Positions 26,770 to 35,981 of a stretch of DNA of 64,000 nucleotides are shown one piece after another (positions within the stretch are counted from its first letter, which is position 1; each line of letters opens with the position of its first letter). The notes beneath the pieces were generated by a model. The model was not told where the DNA came from. It saw nothing but the letters and a program-made list of their open reading frames with translations, and did not search any database. The stretch covers positions 4,080 through 68,079 of the IMG/VR virus record IMGVR_UViG_3300045886_000052; one strand, given 5' to 3'. Origin of the DNA: a virus. The position numbers and the translations under genes are program-made.

Positions 26770-27890
26770 TCTTTTCAAAGTCGAGACGACGGGGATCGTT
26801 TCGATTGCGCGGCGGACGATCACGGGGGCCGTCCAGCCGCTTTTACCGGGGCGCGGTGTGGCCATAGCAGGGAGTCACGCCGCGTCTCCGGGTTTCGATC
26901 TTTTACAAGTTTGGCCGTGGAGGCTTTTTAGCAAGTCCCACCGTTGGGAACCTGTTCCGTGCGATTGAACGCTACCCGAAAGGGCAGACTCTCTATATCG
27001 GATGAATCCCTTTAAGCGGCGATAACGCGAGCGCACGCAACGGCCAAAGACCTCGGAAGCGTTCCCACGACCGCTTCCGATTGCAGGGCGCGGCGCTGTT
27101 CGGGCAACTCGGCGCCGCGCCCGGTGGGAATGATCTTTTCCAGATTGGCGAACCGGTTATGAGAGTGGCCATCGCCAATGCCACCGGGGGCGGGTTGTTG
27201 TTGTTTGTTGCTTATTGGCGCCCGCCTCCGGTTCGATCTTTTACATTTCGATATTCCAACGGGCGGGTTCTATTGGTGACGGAACAGAGCGAGAAACCCA
27301 CGGGGGCATCCTGCGCAATCGGGGACGGCGCTGCTTACAGAACCGATAAGGGTGTGCCGTCACCAATAGAGCCCGCCCGGGTCAATTCGATCTTTTACAG
27401 TTTGGCGGCGGCGGTTGTGGATGGACACGCCGGCAAAACCGAGGAAGGCAATAGCCGAGAGCAGGAACTAGGCCGATGTACTCGGGTCGGCCAGGGCGCT
27501 CACCCTGGAAGCCGGTATCAAGCCCGGCCCGCCGCCAATCCGATCTTTTACATCTTGATATTCCAACGGGCGGCGACAGTAACCGTCTTCAGGTGATCGA
27601 CGGCGATCACGTGCGACAACGCCAAAGTAGGTACACCGGGAGACTAGCAGCCCCGGATATCCCGAGAAGGCGGACGGCCAAATGGAGTGTGAAGAGTCGC
27701 CAGCGGAAAGTCAGCGTATGCCCAACTTGCAGAAACCTGACTTGACTTCGCCGGGTGGAGAGAACCCGGCAGTTCGATCTTTTACAGTTATGGCTGCGGT
27801 ACGGTGTGCCAGCACCGCAGCCGCCCATAAACGAATCGGCAGCCGCTCGTAACGACTGCCGATGTTGCTCTGATTGAATTATCAAAGAGC
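26768..27890 (+). ncRNA. Non-coding array: seven boxA-like GATCTTTT(A/C) motifs, each followed by hairpins
   Basis: GATC at 26768, 26897, 27132, 27235, 27389, 27542 and 27776; many long GC-rich stems; no credible ORF. Confidence 0.65.
27408..27537 (+). ncRNA. tRNA-like element with an oversized central region
   Basis: Acceptor-like GCGGCGG/CCGCCGC, D-like GTG-GATGGA-CAC, T-like GCCGG-TATCAAGC-CCGGC; no canonical anticodon arm. Confidence 0.45.
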
Positions 27891-27901
27891 CAGGACACTT
27901 T

Positions 27902-28159
27902 ATGACATCCACAATCCCCCGCCACGCCGACCGAAGCGCCGATTCGCTGCGCACCATGCGCGATATGGTTGATCGTGTTGAGCGCAATCTGCGCGACGGA
28001 TGGCTTTCCGATGATCCAATCGCCAGGGAGCACGCCGAAGCGTTACTCGGAGACGCCAGACTGATCTGCGACGAATTGTTGAGAGCATGCCGTAACCCTA
28101 CACCGCTTCAACCCCACGATGAAGTGCTAATACGAACTGATAAAGCACGGGATTTATGA
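27902..28159 (+). CDS. Hypothetical protein
   Basis: AGGA RBS; coupled to next gene. Confidence 0.55.
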   Translation: MTSTIPRHADRSADSLRTMRDMVDRVERNLRDGWLSDDPIAREHAEALLGDARLICDELLRACRNPTPLQPHDEVLIRTDKARDL

Positions 28160-28572
28160 GCAGTATTCCGACACCTCACCTGAATGAAAAGTCGCTCGAA
28201 GAACTGGAGATATTCGAGCTGCTCGCAAAAGTCATAGGACGCGGAGAGGCCGCCAGGTTGGCCAGATTGTACGGTTGCAGTGAACAGACCGTGCGCAAAT
28301 GGCGCAACGATCCCGAGGCGGACGACGACAAAGAGGCCGACCCGCATGGGCGAAGAAGTCCGGTCGAACTCTTCCTGCGATTCATGGACGCGCTGAATGC
28401 GATTAGTCCGGCTCGCGCTAGCACGGTCTGGCGCAGGGTCGAGTATGAGTTCGCCGACATGCAGCGCATACAGGGTAATGACGCGATGATGAAGAGATGG
28501 CAGGCGATGAAAAAGGCCAACGACCTGGCGCGGGAGATCGTCGCGGTTACTAACGGAGACGACGATGGCTAA
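28156..28572 (+). CDS. HTH protein (CII-like regulator)
   Basis: AARLARLYGCSEQTVRKWR. Confidence 0.6.
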   Translation: MSSIPTPHLNEKSLEELEIFELLAKVIGRGEAARLARLYGCSEQTVRKWRNDPEADDDKEADPHGRRSPVELFLRFMDALNAISPARASTVWRRVEYEFADMQRIQGNDAMMKRWQAMKKANDLAREIVAVTNGDDDG

Positions 28573-28747
28573 ACGGCCACCGCTGAAAGATCACGACGTG
28601 ACGATTCCGCGCAAGGGTCGGGAACCGAAAGAATTGCCGATAAACGCGCCAAGTACCGAGGCCGCCGAAGCATTGGCGGCGCGCATTGCGAAACGCCGAG
28701 GCTGGAAGCTGTCGGGAAAACCCAAAGCGGAGGAGAAGAAACCATGA
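28565..28747 (+). CDS. Hypothetical protein
   Basis: Overlapping, coupled ORF. Confidence 0.5.
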   Translation: MAKRPPLKDHDVTIPRKGREPKELPINAPSTEAAEALAARIAKRRGWKLSGKPKAEEKKP

Positions 28748-29055
28748 ACCTGACGCAAATGGAAAACGCATACGCATTCGCTGATCCGCTGCCGGCGGTT
28801 GAGACAATTGATCGGCTGGAGGAACTGGTAACGCAGCGCCGCCGCGAGTTGATCATCGAGCACAATCGCCGGATTCAACTGGAAACATTCGACGATAGGT
28901 TCCCCGGCCCGGACTGGCAGGCGTCGGACAAGCGTGTGCGCCTCGTTGACCAGATCGCGCAATCCGAACAGCGGCGCGCGAGGATCAAGCAGGAGATCGT
29001 CGAGGTCGCGCGACTGATCGTGGCCGAGAATCACGGGGAAGGGGTGAGATTATGA
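28744..29055 (+). CDS. Hypothetical protein
   Basis: GGAG RBS; ATGA coupling. Confidence 0.55.
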   Translation: MNLTQMENAYAFADPLPAVETIDRLEELVTQRRRELIIEHNRRIQLETFDDRFPGPDWQASDKRVRLVDQIAQSEQRRARIKQEIVEVARLIVAENHGEGVRL

Positions 29056-29255
29056 ACAGAAAAGCGGAACAACCTTACACGCTGAAGAAGATTGAAGGGC
29101 TGGACTGCCTGATATGCGGCGAGCCCGCAACCTGCGCCGTGCTGTCCTGGCACAAGGTCGGCGCGGCGTGTGAGAAGCACGGGCGGCGCGCGAAGGAGCT
29201 GGGGTATGAAGTGCTGTTCCCCGGCGACGGGACGCTGACGGTCAAGAGGGTTTAA
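29052..29255 (+). CDS. Small Zn-binding-like protein
   Basis: CLICGEPA...CEKH. Confidence 0.55.
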   Translation: MNRKAEQPYTLKKIEGLDCLICGEPATCAVLSWHKVGAACEKHGRRAKELGYEVLFPGDGTLTVKRV

Positions 29256-29285
29256 CTGCCGCGAAGGCGGCGCGAAAGAAAACAT

Positions 29286-29543
29286 ATGAGCGAACAGTTG
29301 CATGTTACGCCGAACCTGATTTGCCAATGCGAACACAATCTATTGAGCCACGAACACTATCCGCCGGAGGCTGATCATTGTGGGTATCCAGGTTGCAAGT
29401 GCGATTACTTTGTCGGGAAACCCACGCCGCCAGACGTTATCGACGCAATCAAGCTGCTCGGCGCTTACGTAAAAGAAAAACACTATGCAAGCGTCAAGAT
29501 TGGGCCGGAAGGCGGCGCATATTTTGAACTGAAGATGATATGA
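29286..29543 (+). CDS. Cys/His-rich protein
   Basis: CQCEH...H...C...C.C..F. Confidence 0.55.
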   Translation: MSEQLHVTPNLICQCEHNLLSHEHYPPEADHCGYPGCKCDYFVGKPTPPDVIDAIKLLGAYVKEKHYASVKIGPEGGAYFELKMI

Positions 29544-29740
29544 GCGAATTGAAACCAATAACAGACGTGCGCGTTCCGTGCCGGTTCTGCGGAAAAGTCA
29601 TTTGGGCGCAATCGGACAATGGCGAACCGACATGCGCCGATTGCGACGAATTGGAAATGGCGTCACTGCGCGAGTCGCACGAAACCGAGTTGACGCTGCG
29701 CCCGATTACGGAATGGGCTCATCCGTGGAGCGGCGAATAA
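29540..29740 (+). CDS. Small CxxC protein
   Basis: CRFCG...CADC; ATGA coupling. Confidence 0.5.
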   Translation: MSELKPITDVRVPCRFCGKVIWAQSDNGEPTCADCDELEMASLRESHETELTLRPITEWAHPWSGE

Positions 29741-29951
29741 ACCTTTCCCACCCCCGGTCCGCGCCCGGCCGGAGTGGGAACGCAGTAATGGGCGCGGCGG
29801 TTTCGGCGTCGGTTGGGGGATCGTCGCCGAATGGATTCGGATACTTATGCAGGGCCCCGCCGCGTTGGTCTTAGAAGAATTTGCTATTCACTATCGGAGC
29901 ACAATCGCGGTGATCCCGCGTCGCGGCGGGGCGGTTAAAAGAAAGGGAACT

Positions 29952-30263
29952 ATGCTCAAAACACTCGGTCTCGAAATTATCGAAATCAACAAGGCGAACG
30001 GCTGGAATGTCACAACGCCTGATGATTGGGGCGATACATACAAAGTCCCTGGCGTGCTGGCGCTGATTCACTCTGAAGTATCAGAAGCGCTTGAGGGCTT
30101 CAGGGGCGGCGATAAGGCGAACTTCGAGGAAGAGCTTGCCGACGTGCTTATCAGGGTTTTGGATTGCGCCACCGGGCTTGGACTGGACCTGGATACAGCA
30201 GTCGCGGCCAAGCTGGACAAGAACCGGGCGCGCAGTTTTCGCCACGGAGGCAAGCGGCTATGA
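29952..30263 (+). CDS. MazG-like nucleotide pyrophosphohydrolase
   Basis: LIHSEVSEALE...EEELADVLIR...K...N..R. Confidence 0.85.
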   Translation: MLKTLGLEIIEINKANGWNVTTPDDWGDTYKVPGVLALIHSEVSEALEGFRGGDKANFEEELADVLIRVLDCATGLGLDLDTAVAAKLDKNRARSFRHGGKRL

Positions 30264-30358
30264 AACACGATCTGAATTTCTTTCGTGGGCTTATCTGGGC
30301 GGGCGTATTGTCCGCGCCGTTCTGGGTGGCGGTGATATGGTTGAGTCAGGCCCGATAG
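30260..30358 (+). CDS. 32-aa TM peptide
   Basis: GGAGG RBS; FFRGLIWAGVLSAPFW. Confidence 0.5.
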   Translation: MKHDLNFFRGLIWAGVLSAPFWVAVIWLSQAR

Positions 30359-30402
30359 TTTTTCTTGCCGCGATCGGCGGCGCAAATAACCAAGGAGTAA
30401 TT

Positions 30403-31218
30403 ATGAGTACCGCATTGATAAAGCAGGAACAAGCGAACGGACTGGTTTACAGGCCGGAACAGGTTCAACTGATAAAAGACGTGTACGCGAAAGGCGCAAG
30501 CGATAACGAACTGGCGTTGTTCATTGAGGTCGCGCAGCGCAAGGGACTGGATATATTCAGCCGGCAGGTTCACTTGGTGAAACGATACGACAGCCAATTG
30601 CAGCGCGAGGTAATGGAACCGCAAACCGGCATTGACGGCTACCGCTTAATGGCTGAACGCACCGGCAAATACGAAGGCCAGCTCGGGCCGTTCTGGTGCG
30701 GATCGGACGGTGAATGGAAAGACGTTTGGCTTAGCGACGCGCCGCCGTCCGCCGCGAAAGTCGGAACGCTGAAAGCCGGCTGTCGCGAACCGTTCTGGGC
30801 CGTCGCTCTGTACAAGGAATATGTCCAGACGCGCAAGGACGGCCAACCGAATTCAATGTGGAAAAAAATGGCCGCGAACCAGTTGGCCAAGTGCGCCGAG
30901 GCGCTGAGTCTGCGCAAGGCGTTCCCCGGCGATCTGGCCGGTATCTACACGCAAGAGGAAATGGCGCAGGCGTCGAATGTGGCGCCGGTTGAGATAGCGG
31001 CGGACGTGGAAGAAGCGGCGGCTGTTATTGATCCCGACTATGAAGACGCGCGCAACGCCATACTGGAAGAAATGCAGGACATTTATATCGGCAAGGGTAA
31101 GACGCAGGAAGAGTGGCTGAAGTACCGGAAGGGACTGGCCGCGAAGACGTGCGAACAACTGGAAGTAATGTTGGCGAATTGGCAGACCGCTGCCGAGTCC
31201 ACGAAGAACGCTGGCTGA
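30403..31218 (+). CDS. bet: Phage single-strand annealing protein (Bet/RecT family)
   Basis: GIDGYR, WKKM...LAKCAEALSLRKAFP..LAGIYT.EEM. Confidence 0.9.
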   Translation: MSTALIKQEQANGLVYRPEQVQLIKDVYAKGASDNELALFIEVAQRKGLDIFSRQVHLVKRYDSQLQREVMEPQTGIDGYRLMAERTGKYEGQLGPFWCGSDGEWKDVWLSDAPPSAAKVGTLKAGCREPFWAVALYKEYVQTRKDGQPNSMWKKMAANQLAKCAEALSLRKAFPGDLAGIYTQEEMAQASNVAPVEIAADVEEAAAVIDPDYEDARNAILEEMQDIYIGKGKTQEEWLKYRKGLAAKTCEQLEVMLANWQTAAESTKNAG

Positions 31219-31254
31219 ACTCTGGGGGCGGCCGCCCCGTTTTTACGAGACACG

Positions 31255-32418
31255 ATGGATATTGAAATCGCAAAAATCAGGCAGGATGGCGGGACGCAGC
31301 CGCGCGCGCAAATCAATCTACTTACGGTTGGCGACTACGCTGAAGAGATGCGCGCGGGCGTTAGGTTTCCCGACGTGGTTGTCTTCTTTGACGGAACGGA
31401 CTACTGGCTGGCCGACGGGTTCCATCGAGTTTTGGCGGCGACAGCGGCAAAGTTGAAAGCTATTAACGCCGACGCGCGGCAGGGGACGCGCCGAGATGCC
31501 GTTCTATTTAGCGTCGGCGCAAACGCTAGCCACGGACTGCGGCGCACGCACGAGGACAAGCGCCAAGCCGTGCGGACGCTGCTCGAAGACGAAGAGTGGA
31601 GCAAGTGGAGCGACGCAGAGATAGCGAGGCGCACCGGCACTAGCCATCCATTTGTAGGCGAGCAACGAAAAATTCTCACTTGTAACGTTACAAGTGAGAA
31701 TGGCGAGCGTCAGTATACAACCAAGCATGGGACACCCGCCGTCATGCATACCGACAATATCGGCAAATCAAGCGTGCTTCTTGATATGGTTCCCGAAAGC
31801 GACATCCTGCAGGCCGCAATGGATATTCGCATTAAGCGCGCCGTGGAAAACCGGGAGAGAATACAGGCTATTAAAGAGCAGCCTATCACTGTCCCTAAAG
31901 GAAAGTTCCAAACCATCGTCATTGACCCGCCGTGGCCAATGGAAAAGATAGACCGCGACACGCGCCCAAACCAAGTCGGCTTCGACTATCCGACGATGAG
32001 CGAAGAAGACCTAATGGACTGGCCGTTATCTAAATTCGCCGCCGACAATTGCCACCTTTACTTATGGACAACTCACCGCTTTCTACCTATGGCGATGCGG
32101 CTTGCTGAACATTGGGGCTTCACTTACCAATGCCTGATGACGTGGGTTAAGAACGTTGGAATGACGCCGTATTCATGGATGTATTCAACTGAGCATGTAC
32201 TGTTCTGTCGGCGCGGCTTCCTGTCGCTTGAAAAGCTAGGTATGCGCCTGGACTTCCGCGCCAACGTGCGAGAGCACAGCCGCAAGCCCGACATATTTTA
32301 CGAAATTGTACGTCAGGCGTCACCGGGGCCGCGCCTTGATATGTTTAGCCGCGAACCGCGTGAAGGCTTCGAGCAGCACGGCAACGAGGCCGCGAAGTTT
32401 CAGGGGGTGACGGCTTGA
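31255..32418 (+). CDS. ParB-N/HTH fused to an MT-A70 family adenine methyltransferase
   Basis: LADGFHR; WSDAEIARRTGTSHPFV; IDPPW, YPTM, HSRKP, LDMFSR. Confidence 0.88.
   Translation: MDIEIAKIRQDGGTQPRAQINLLTVGDYAEEMRAGVRFPDVVVFFDGTDYWLADGFHRVLAATAAKLKAINADARQGTRRDAVLFSVGANASHGLRRTHEDKRQAVRTLLEDEEWSKWSDAEIARRTGTSHPFVGEQRKILTCNVTSENGERQYTTKHGTPAVMHTDNIGKSSVLLDMVPESDILQAAMDIRIKRAVENRERIQAIKEQPITVPKGKFQTIVIDPPWPMEKIDRDTRPNQVGFDYPTMSEEDLMDWPLSKFAADNCHLYLWTTHRFLPMAMRLAEHWGFTYQCLMTWVKNVGMTPYSWMYSTEHVLFCRRGFLSLEKLGMRLDFRANVREHSRKPDIFYEIVRQASPGPRLDMFSREPREGFEQHGNEAAKFQGVTA
31672..31701. repeat. Perfect 30-bp palindrome inside the ParB-MT-A70 gene
   Basis: ATTCTCACTTGTAACGTTACAAGTGAGAAT is its own reverse complement. 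Confidence 0.95.
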
Positions 32419-33002
32419 ACGGATACTCGAAGGATCGCGCCTTTTCCGATCTTTTTATTCCGGCTATCAAGCAAATTGTCGGCCCGTATTTAATCGTTCC
32501 CGCCGACCTGAAGGCAGACATAAAACAAGCTACGGATATGACGATCTTGACGGCGCGCGATATTACGATCGCCTGTCGCATACGACGACCTGGATTCATT
32601 GAACGCTTTGGATGGCAATTCACGATCCGAGCCAAGCGGGACTCTGGCGCTGAAACAGAACTAACCAAACTTGTCAACGGATGGGCGGACTGGATGTTTT
32701 ACGCCTTTGCAAAATCAAAAGAGGTCACGGATGGCTTTGAGCGATGGTTCTTGATCGATCTTGATGTATGGCGGGCGCATATGATTCGGCGGGACAAGCG
32801 AATACAGTGGGGCGACACGCCCAATGGGGATGGAACCCATTTTAGATGGTTCGATCTACGATCCTTCCCGCCTACGCCGTCTGTTCTAATTGCTTCTAGC
32901 GTGCATTTGCCACTATCCCCTACAACGCAGGCGCCGATTGCCAATGCTGCCAATTCGCGCATTGAGCGACCGGTTGAGCAAATGTTTCCCGGTTTCGATT
33001 GA
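32415..33002 (+). CDS. Hypothetical protein, possible degenerate PD-(D/E)xK nuclease-like partner of the MTase
   Basis: D...TD...IACRIR...FTIR...TELTKL...GWADWMFY; coupled to the MTase gene. Confidence 0.5.
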   Translation: MNGYSKDRAFSDLFIPAIKQIVGPYLIVPADLKADIKQATDMTILTARDITIACRIRRPGFIERFGWQFTIRAKRDSGAETELTKLVNGWADWMFYAFAKSKEVTDGFERWFLIDLDVWRAHMIRRDKRIQWGDTPNGDGTHFRWFDLRSFPPTPSVLIASSVHLPLSPTTQAPIANAANSRIERPVEQMFPGFD

Positions 33003-33003
33003 T

Positions 33004-33711
33004 ATGACCCTCTGGCTTCGACTTTATACCGACGTTCTCGACGATCCGAAAGTGCAGCGGCTCGACGGTGAACTGTTCAAAGCCTGGATCAATTTACTTT
33101 GTCTCGCCAAAGCAGGTGACGGCTTGTTGCCGTCCATTGAAGACATAGCGTTCAAACTACGGTCAGGCTCCGAAGAGAACGCAAAACGTCTTACCGATGA
33201 ATTGGTTAAACGTGGACTGCTGGACTCGGACGGTATGAACTTAACCCCTCATAACTGGCATGGACGCCAGTTTGACTCGGACAGTTCCACCGAAAGAGTG
33301 CAACGCTACCGAAACGTTACACGAAACGTTTCTGAAACGTTAGAGAGCAGAGACAGAACAGAGCCAGATCCAGAGCCAGATCCAGAGCAGAGAGCTGCGA
33401 CTTCGCGCGCAAAGCCGCGCTCAGTCCGCAAACCGGTTCTTCCTGACGACGAATGGCTGGACAACCTGCAGAAGAACCCGGCTTTTTCTTCGCTAAATGT
33501 CCGGCTTTGCTATCACAAAATGCTTGCCTGGTGCGAAGTGAATAACAGGCAACCCAGCAGAAGAATGTTTATCAACTGGCTTAATCGCGAAGACAAACCA
33601 ATGGGTAACGGCAATGGAAAAACTCAAACTGGTAAAACGAATGACGCCGCTAAAGACGGCGCTCGAAAAACTACAGAAGACTATGGAATCCGTCCCCCTA
33701 GAGAAATTTAG
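33004..33711 (+). CDS. Replication initiator/replisome organizer
   Basis: WLRLYTDVLDDPKV...HNW..RQ..S..S.ERVQRYR; C-terminal FINWLNR; precedes the DnaC-like gene. Confidence 0.8.
   Translation: MTLWLRLYTDVLDDPKVQRLDGELFKAWINLLCLAKAGDGLLPSIEDIAFKLRSGSEENAKRLTDELVKRGLLDSDGMNLTPHNWHGRQFDSDSSTERVQRYRNVTRNVSETLESRDRTEPDPEPDPEQRAATSRAKPRSVRKPVLPDDEWLDNLQKNPAFSSLNVRLCYHKMLAWCEVNNRQPSRRMFINWLNREDKPMGNGNGKTQTGKTNDAAKDGARKTTEDYGIRPPREI
33311..33390. repeat. Iteron-like repeats (candidate origin)
   Basis: GAAACGTT x3 (33311, 33323, 33334), then CAGAGCCAGATC x2. Confidence 0.55.
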
Positions 33712-34372
33712 GCCGGCGGAAGAGATATTCACCTGCGTTACCTGTTCCGATACCGGCTGGGTTGTCATTGCTGATCGCGGCGCGAAACAGTGTGAGTGTT
33801 TGCGGACGAAGCAGCGGGTAAGACTACTGGACAGAATACCGCCAGAGTACCGCGGCTTGGATCTCGAAACTATCCGTCCCGACGCTACCCGGCACCCGGA
33901 TCAAGAGTCACTGGTAAACGCGTTGCGCGCCGATCCCGATATGAGCCTGCTGTTATCCGGCCGCGTCGGCTGCGGTAAAAGTCTCATCGGTTGGCTTCTC
34001 TACAAACGCGCGATAGAAGCCGATCGGCCAAGCGTCGCATTGCCGTTGGCCGAACTACTCGGACAGTTTCGCCGCTACGAATGCGGGTCCGATACGCTGC
34101 CGGCGGTAACGTCGGAAAACCTGCGCGACAGCCGCCGCTGGTTTCTCTTCCTTGACGAATTCGATAAAACGCGTCCGACAGAGTTCGCGGGCGAACAACT
34201 GTTTTTGCTTATGGACGCGATTTACACGTACAGACACCAGTTAGTCGTAACGTCCAATGTCGGCAAAGACGAACTGCGGTTTAAGTGGTCGCAAGCGAGC
34301 GAACAGTACGGCGTCTCGATAATGCGGCGCCTGCTGGAATTGAACAGTGTGCGCTACAAGGAAATGTTTTGA
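33614..34372 (+). CDS. DnaC/IstB-like helicase-loader ATPase
   Basis: CVTCSDTGW..CEC; Walker A GRVGCGKS; Walker B LFLDE; VVTSN. Confidence 0.85.
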   Translation: MEKLKLVKRMTPLKTALEKLQKTMESVPLEKFRPAEEIFTCVTCSDTGWVVIADRGAKQCECLRTKQRVRLLDRIPPEYRGLDLETIRPDATRHPDQESLVNALRADPDMSLLLSGRVGCGKSLIGWLLYKRAIEADRPSVALPLAELLGQFRRYECGSDTLPAVTSENLRDSRRWFLFLDEFDKTRPTEFAGEQLFLLMDAIYTYRHQLVVTSNVGKDELRFKWSQASEQYGVSIMRRLLELNSVRYKEMF

Positions 34373-34459
34373 GTGTGGGCGCTTGAGCGAGACGCCCGCA
34401 ATGGACAACGGCCGCCGGTATAACTACGAGTTCTGATCCGCGGCCGTTGTCCGAAAATT

Positions 34460-34732
34460 ATGGTCAAAACCAAAGAGAAAACCGAATACCGCGACGGAAC
34501 GCTTGGCTGGTGGCTTATGGAAGCCGGCTGGTCGCCGGTGGAAGTGCTTTGCAATAGCGGCGGCAGTCACAAACTGGACGCGCACGGACGCTGCGAACAT
34601 TGCCGGATATTGCCGCATCCGCTTTGGCGATACGAGGAATTCGGTCCCCGGCTGACGGGGTGGGAAGCGAGACGGTTGGAACTGCTGAGAATACACGACG
34701 AATTCAAACGGAAGGCAAGCAATGTTCACTGA
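34460..34732 (+). CDS. Hypothetical protein
   Basis: Overlaps the next gene in the operon. Confidence 0.45.
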   Translation: MVKTKEKTEYRDGTLGWWLMEAGWSPVEVLCNSGGSHKLDAHGRCEHCRILPHPLWRYEEFGPRLTGWEARRLELLRIHDEFKRKASNVH

Positions 34733-35102
34733 CGCGCTACAAGAAAAAATACTCGGCGGCATTGAGAGACTGGCCGAAGCGAATAACGCGCACCACCTGG
34801 CCGGCGTCGAACATGCGCATGCCGAGCACGCATACCGCCAGTTGCGCGCGAACGAGTTCGTCAAGGTAAGTCTCGACAAGGACGACAACGGCAAGAAACT
34901 CACCGACACGCATAAGAACGCGCTGGTGGACATCGCCACCGACAAGGCCATGTACCGCGTTCGCATTGCCGAGGCTGAGCACGAGGCGGCATGGGAACTG
35001 GTGAAGAGTCTTAAAACACAGATCAGCGCGCTACAGAGCTTGTTAAACGCTGTCCGCGCCGAAGCGGAAGCGGTGACATATAGACAGACAACAGGAGCGT
35101 AG
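34722..35102 (+). CDS. Helical hypothetical protein
   Basis: Coiled-coil pattern; QISALQSL. Confidence 0.6.
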   Translation: MFTDALQEKILGGIERLAEANNAHHLAGVEHAHAEHAYRQLRANEFVKVSLDKDDNGKKLTDTHKNALVDIATDKAMYRVRIAEAEHEAAWELVKSLKTQISALQSLLNAVRAEAEAVTYRQTTGA

Positions 35103-35104
35103 AA

Positions 35105-35317
35105 ATGACCACAGCAACAGCCCCAGCGCCCTCGATCACCTGGGCCGAAGCCGGACCTGAGATAGAGCGGCGCCAAATAAATATCACGCACATTGACGAC
35201 GACACCTGGTGCGCCGACTGCCCCGGCCCGGAGTGGAAAGTGCGGCGCGCGTTCGGCTCGTCGGCGCTGGAGGCGGTCGAGAAACTGTTGAGGGAGATAG
35301 GAGGCGAGAATGGTTGA
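35105..35317 (+). CDS. Small HicB-N-like/hypothetical protein
   Basis: DDDTWCADCPG...AFGSSALEAVEKL. Confidence 0.5.
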   Translation: MTTATAPAPSITWAEAGPEIERRQINITHIDDDTWCADCPGPEWKVRRAFGSSALEAVEKLLREIGGENG

Positions 35318-35480
35318 AGGCGACACCAAAACCGTCGACGGCATCACCGTCGACATTCACACGATAACCGAGGATCAGGTGTATTTCGCGCGGTATCGAG
35401 AGGAAGGGCGGGGTGAGGGCTGGCCGTTATATCGAATGAACCGCGCCGACTTTGAACGACTGTGGGAGGCGGAGACATAG
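35310..35480 (+). CDS. Hypothetical protein (56 aa), not in ORF track
   Basis: GGAGG RBS; overlaps the previous stop. Confidence 0.45.
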   Translation: MVEGDTKTVDGITVDIHTITEDQVYFARYREEGRGEGWPLYRMNRADFERLWEAET

Positions 35481-35672
35481 AGTGGGCTACAGCAAGCGTG
35501 ACATGGAAAGAATCCGCCTTGGCGTTTGCCTGGACTGCGGCGAGCGTGAGGCGTGGAAGTATAGGCGCTGCGTGCAATGCCGCTCGCGCACGCCGTTTCA
35601 GCGCACGCAGCGGAGATTGGCATTGCGGCGGGTGTCGTATGCGTTTTTGAAAGCACGGGGAGGCGTAAAAGC

Positions 35673-35981
35673 ATGACGCGAGTATTTGAAGACTTCGGAC
35701 AACAGGCGGTATTCGAGGCGCTTGTTAGCCGTGGAGCCCAGAAGCACGAAGCGCAGAGCGCGGCGAATAAAACGCCGAAGTGGGATTCCGCCGAATGGGA
35801 GTCCATTGAGAAACATATCGAGGACGCCGCGAAGCAAGTGCGCGTAGGGCTGGACGAGCGCCACACCAAGTTGCTGCGCAAACGCGAAGAACTGGAAAGC
35901 AAGATAACGACAATCGAGGACGAGATCGGCGAGATCGAAGATCGCAAACTCGCCGAGCTTGAAGCGGAGGCGAAAATATGA
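35673..35981 (+). CDS. Coiled-coil hypothetical protein
   Basis: GGAGG RBS; ATGA coupling. Confidence 0.55.
   Translation: MTRVFEDFGQQAVFEALVSRGAQKHEAQSAANKTPKWDSAEWESIEKHIEDAAKQVRVGLDERHTKLLRKREELESKITTIEDEIGEIEDRKLAELEAEAKI

Noticed and set aside
27190-27220. GTTGTTGTTT-rich loop as an antisense guide to the leaders at about 7439 and 10110
   Set aside because: Only about 10 nt of low-complexity identity, which is not distinguishable from chance.
26768-27890. CRISPR array interpretation of the GATCTTTTACA repeats
   Set aside because: The repeat is only about 13 nt, spacers are 103-235 nt and highly structured, and there is no cas1/cas2 in the window.
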